A stretch of DNA of 64,000 nucleotides from the human T2T-CHM13v2.0 reference genome, Homo sapiens. The position numbers were made by a program, and so were the translations under genes. Within the stretch, counting starts at the first letter, position 1. The number at the start of each line of letters is the position of its first letter. The stretch lies in NCBI RefSeq assembly GCF_009914755.1, contig NC_060942.1; one strand, given 5' to 3'. Below, piece after piece: positions 60,713 through 64,000 of the stretch. The notes below the pieces were generated by a model that saw nothing but the letters and a program-made list of their open reading frames with translations, was not told the DNA's origin and ran no database searches.

Positions 60713-62104
60713 ACAATTCAGTGTGCTATCAGCATCTAATAAGTGACAGGACAATTCACATTACACAAATTCAGAGCTAGGTAGCCAGGAAAGGCTCCAT
60801 CTAGAAATGCCAAAAATGCATTCCAACAATGGGTGGAAATAGTTAAATTCTAGCAAAATTTTTTAAAGCTAAAAAATCCATCCTCAAGGATCCCACATGC
60901 TCCTTTCATGCTGTCTCTAATTCTAGCTGCCTTTTTCTCAGCTCATCCTTTGGGGTGTATCTTTTCAATCCATAGTCATTCCCACACAAGTGTGAATTTC
61001 CTCCCCTTTTGTTCCTTCAACTTTCCTTGCAGAAGATGCTTTGCAGCAACAATCACATTAGCTTTACAAATGCTGTTTGGAAACCCAAGCAGAGCCATTG
61101 CTTTCTCAGAGGGTTGGGAACTTGGTACTCCAAATGATTTTTTATCCCAATTTCAGGGTCATGTTGCTTAGACATACAGAGTGGAAAGAGAAAGATGATT
61201 GGGAGAAAAATCCTCCCCCCACCCAACAGAAACACGCAGCTTTCCCTGGAAGGCACCAACGCCACAACAAACAAACAAATAAATAATAAATATTCTTTCA
61301 CTAAAATGGTAAGTCTCACTTCAGTAAGCAACACATTATGCACCATACTGGTATAATAAAGCACACATCCCCCTGAATCATTCCCACTAATACAATGTAT
61401 TCAGTGCTCATATGATTACACTTTTACAGCCTGTTAGCAAAAACACATACAATTGCAAAGTGCTGCTAATGCAATGTGACAGAATACTGTTATTACAAGA
61501 AGAAGTTGTCAGCACCGAGCAATTGATTTTCCTTCATCTCCTTCGTGCTTTTGCCCATCCTCCCTACCTCTCCTGGAGATGTTTATTACACGCTGAGTGC
61601 AGTCCTTTCTCTGAATCAATTCCGATATAGTGCAAAGGAAGGAATACAAAGACAAGAAAAGTTAACATTATTCCAGATATTCTAAGAGGGAAAGAAAATT
61701 TCCTTAGGGACATTTCCTTCCCAAAATGTTTATTAAAGCTTTAAGGAACCAGAGCTCCCTTCCCCCAGCAGAAAGATTTGGTCTTTTTGTTCTGTTATGC
61801 CATGACTGTTTATTTACCTCTTCTCTTCCCCTTCCTTCTTTTCATAAAATAAAAACCAGGATGGATTTAAAGTATTGGGCCACCTAGATTCCTGCTGATT
61901 CCCTTCCCTGCATCTTGAGGTGCAATAGAGGGAAGAAAAAAGTAATATAGGAAGCCAGAAGGATAATTATTTGGTTATTTGTTTCGTCAGTATTTTCCTT
62001 AGAAATGTTTACCTCCTTTCATGGGATGACAATAAATATACTAAACAAGGATGTTTTTCTGGAAATGAAAATAATTCTGTGACCAGCACCAGCAACCCAA
62101 TCTA

Positions 62105-62275
62105 GAATATAGCATAGTACAATTCGATGGGATATAGAGACTATTGAGTCCAATGTAGTCATTTTACAGATGAGAAAATCCAGGCCCCAAGAGTTAGGGA
62201 ATTTTTCTGATTTCTCACCACTTGTTAGTGTTGGAGCTGAATCTTGAAGCCAGTGTTTGTTGCTATATCATGCTA
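62105..62275 (-). mobile_element. MIR SINE
   Basis: CATTTTACAGATGAGAAAA..AGGCCCCAAGAG. Confidence 0.75.
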
Positions 62276-62494
62276 GACCTTTACATCGCATACACATATC
62301 AATATGTGTGTTACTGAATTACTAAATGGCCCTAATGCCTCATCTTTCTGTTTTTTTGTTATGATGGAATGGAAGAGTTCCACTTGCCAAAGTAGGTGCA
62401 AGAGAGAATAGAGAAGTCCACACAAATTGTTTCATGGTCTTTTGAAAGAGCAAGTGACCACAGGAAACATTAAAATATCCTAGCATATAGATAT

Positions 62495-62865
62495 TGATAT
62501 GGTTCGGCTGTATCCCCAACCAAATCTCATCTTAAATTGTAGTTCCCATAATCCCCATGTGTCTTGGGAGGGACCTGGTAGGAGGTAATTGAATTATGGG
62601 GGCGTTACCCCCATGCTGCTGTTCTCATGATAGTGAGTGAGCTCTCATGAGATCTGATGGTTTTTTTAAGGGGCTTTTCCTCTTTTGCTTAGCACTTCTC
62701 CTTCCTGCCACCATGTGAAGAAAGACATGTTTACTTCCCCTTCCACCACGATTGTAAGTTTCCTGAGGCCTCCCTAGCCATGTGGAACTGTGAGTCAATT
62801 AAAGCTCTTTCCTTTATAAATTACCCAGTATGTCTTCATTAGCAGCATGGGAATGGACTAATACA
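62495..62865 (+). mobile_element. THE1D-like solo LTR
   Basis: TGATATGGTTCGGCTG...GGACTAATACA; TSD GATAT/GATTT. Confidence 0.93.
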
Positions 62866-63944
62866 GATTTCATCTTGGGGTGTTGCACCTTCCTGCTGTA
62901 CTAAAAAGTGCTATTTCTTTCCTACCCTATGTAAATGTATAACTCCCACATCTCCCCTTTCACACCCACCTCATTAAATGGAGGTACTCTTTGTTGATAC
63001 CTAAGATACATGCTGACTCTTTCTCTTGCTCAGCAGGATCTTTTTATAAAATTCTCTTAAAATGCAAGAGTCACATGAACCAAGGGTTACATCAAGGTCC
63101 CGAAACATTATTGCCCATTAGTTTTAGAAAGTTAAAACCTGAATTAGTTGAGTTTGGCCTTTGGGGCAGTTGAATTTGTTTCTCTGATTAGACTTTGCAT
63201 TTTTAAAAATTTACTGCAGAGGTGGGGATTTTTTCTCCTCAAGATGGCTTAAGGTACTCCCAAGTGTGAAAGTGGGTATAGACATAGGTTTTATTCATTT
63301 GTTTTTGGTTTGGATTATGATGGCAACTAGTAAATATTCATGAGTGAAAAGCATTTAGTTGGGACCAAGAATTATCTGGATGGAATAGGTACCTGTAGAG
63401 ACGGCCTCTATTTGAGAAGAGCAACTCTCCCTCATGGCTCCACACCCTTGAGCTGCCCATGTTAAGAAACAAAAATAGAAAAGAAAGGAGGATGTACCTG
63501 ACATAATTTAGTGTAGCAACCTGCTGGAGGCCTTCACCTGCTGTGACAAGGGTGGCCTGAGGCAACTGTTTGGAGTTCAAGGAGATAATTTTGCAGTCTA
63601 TGCATCAAGTCTTTAATAATCTCCTTCCTCCATTTAACTCAATTTTCTGATGCCCCTTCTTACAACCCCTACTGAAGCCTGACTCCTTTAAACAGTGTTC
63701 TTGGCTTTCCTCTTTCCACATCACAACTTCAATTTCCTATTTCTTCCTCTGCCCATAAATGTATTAATTCATGCTAAGCTATTAGGTAGAAACCACAATT
63801 TTTTAATCTTTTAAAATGACAATTTCCTAAAGTTCAACCTAATGCTAATGGGTAGCAGTTAAGACACCACTTCTCTCCAGTTTCTTTACTTTTTAAAAAA
63901 ACTTCTTTTCACAAAAAGCTTCTTTAGACATAAATGTCTTTTTT

Positions 63945-64000
63945 CTTATATAATTTATTCATTTATTTATTTTTGTTTCTCAACTTTTATTTTAGAATCA
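63945..64000 (-). mobile_element. Extreme 3' end of an older L1PA, cut by the window edge
   Basis: T-rich tail then CAACTTTTATTTTAGAATCA. Confidence 0.6.

Overview
Primate (hominoid, probably human) non-coding genomic DNA, AT-rich and CpG-depleted, and dominated by interspersed repeats: Alu, L1, L2, CR1/L3, MIR, MaLR/ERVL LTRs and hAT/Tigger MITEs. I found no host protein-coding exon, RNA gene or CpG island, and no evidence for a new gene system. All long ORFs are L1 ORF2 remnants or artefacts of simple repeats and Alus. The most notable structure is a single 3.3-kb L1PA3-type insertion (23736-27057) bounded by a 17-bp target-site duplication (TSD). It combines a ~570-bp 3' transduction with its own ATTAAA and second poly(A), a twin-priming 5' inversion missing ~2.8 kb of L1, and the ~129-bp ZNF93-bound 5'UTR segment. 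Also notable are a ~110-bp polyadenylated, TSD-flanked ERV1-LTR retrocopy (41038-41150), a 1.3-kb alternating purine-pyrimidine array with a persistent 40-bp period and an internal polarity flip, a ~480-bp polypurine tract, and repeat-free blocks with PBX-HOX/MEIS motifs. Repeat family names are recalled from consensus sequences by eye, not from a database search. Boundaries of old repeats are approximate.
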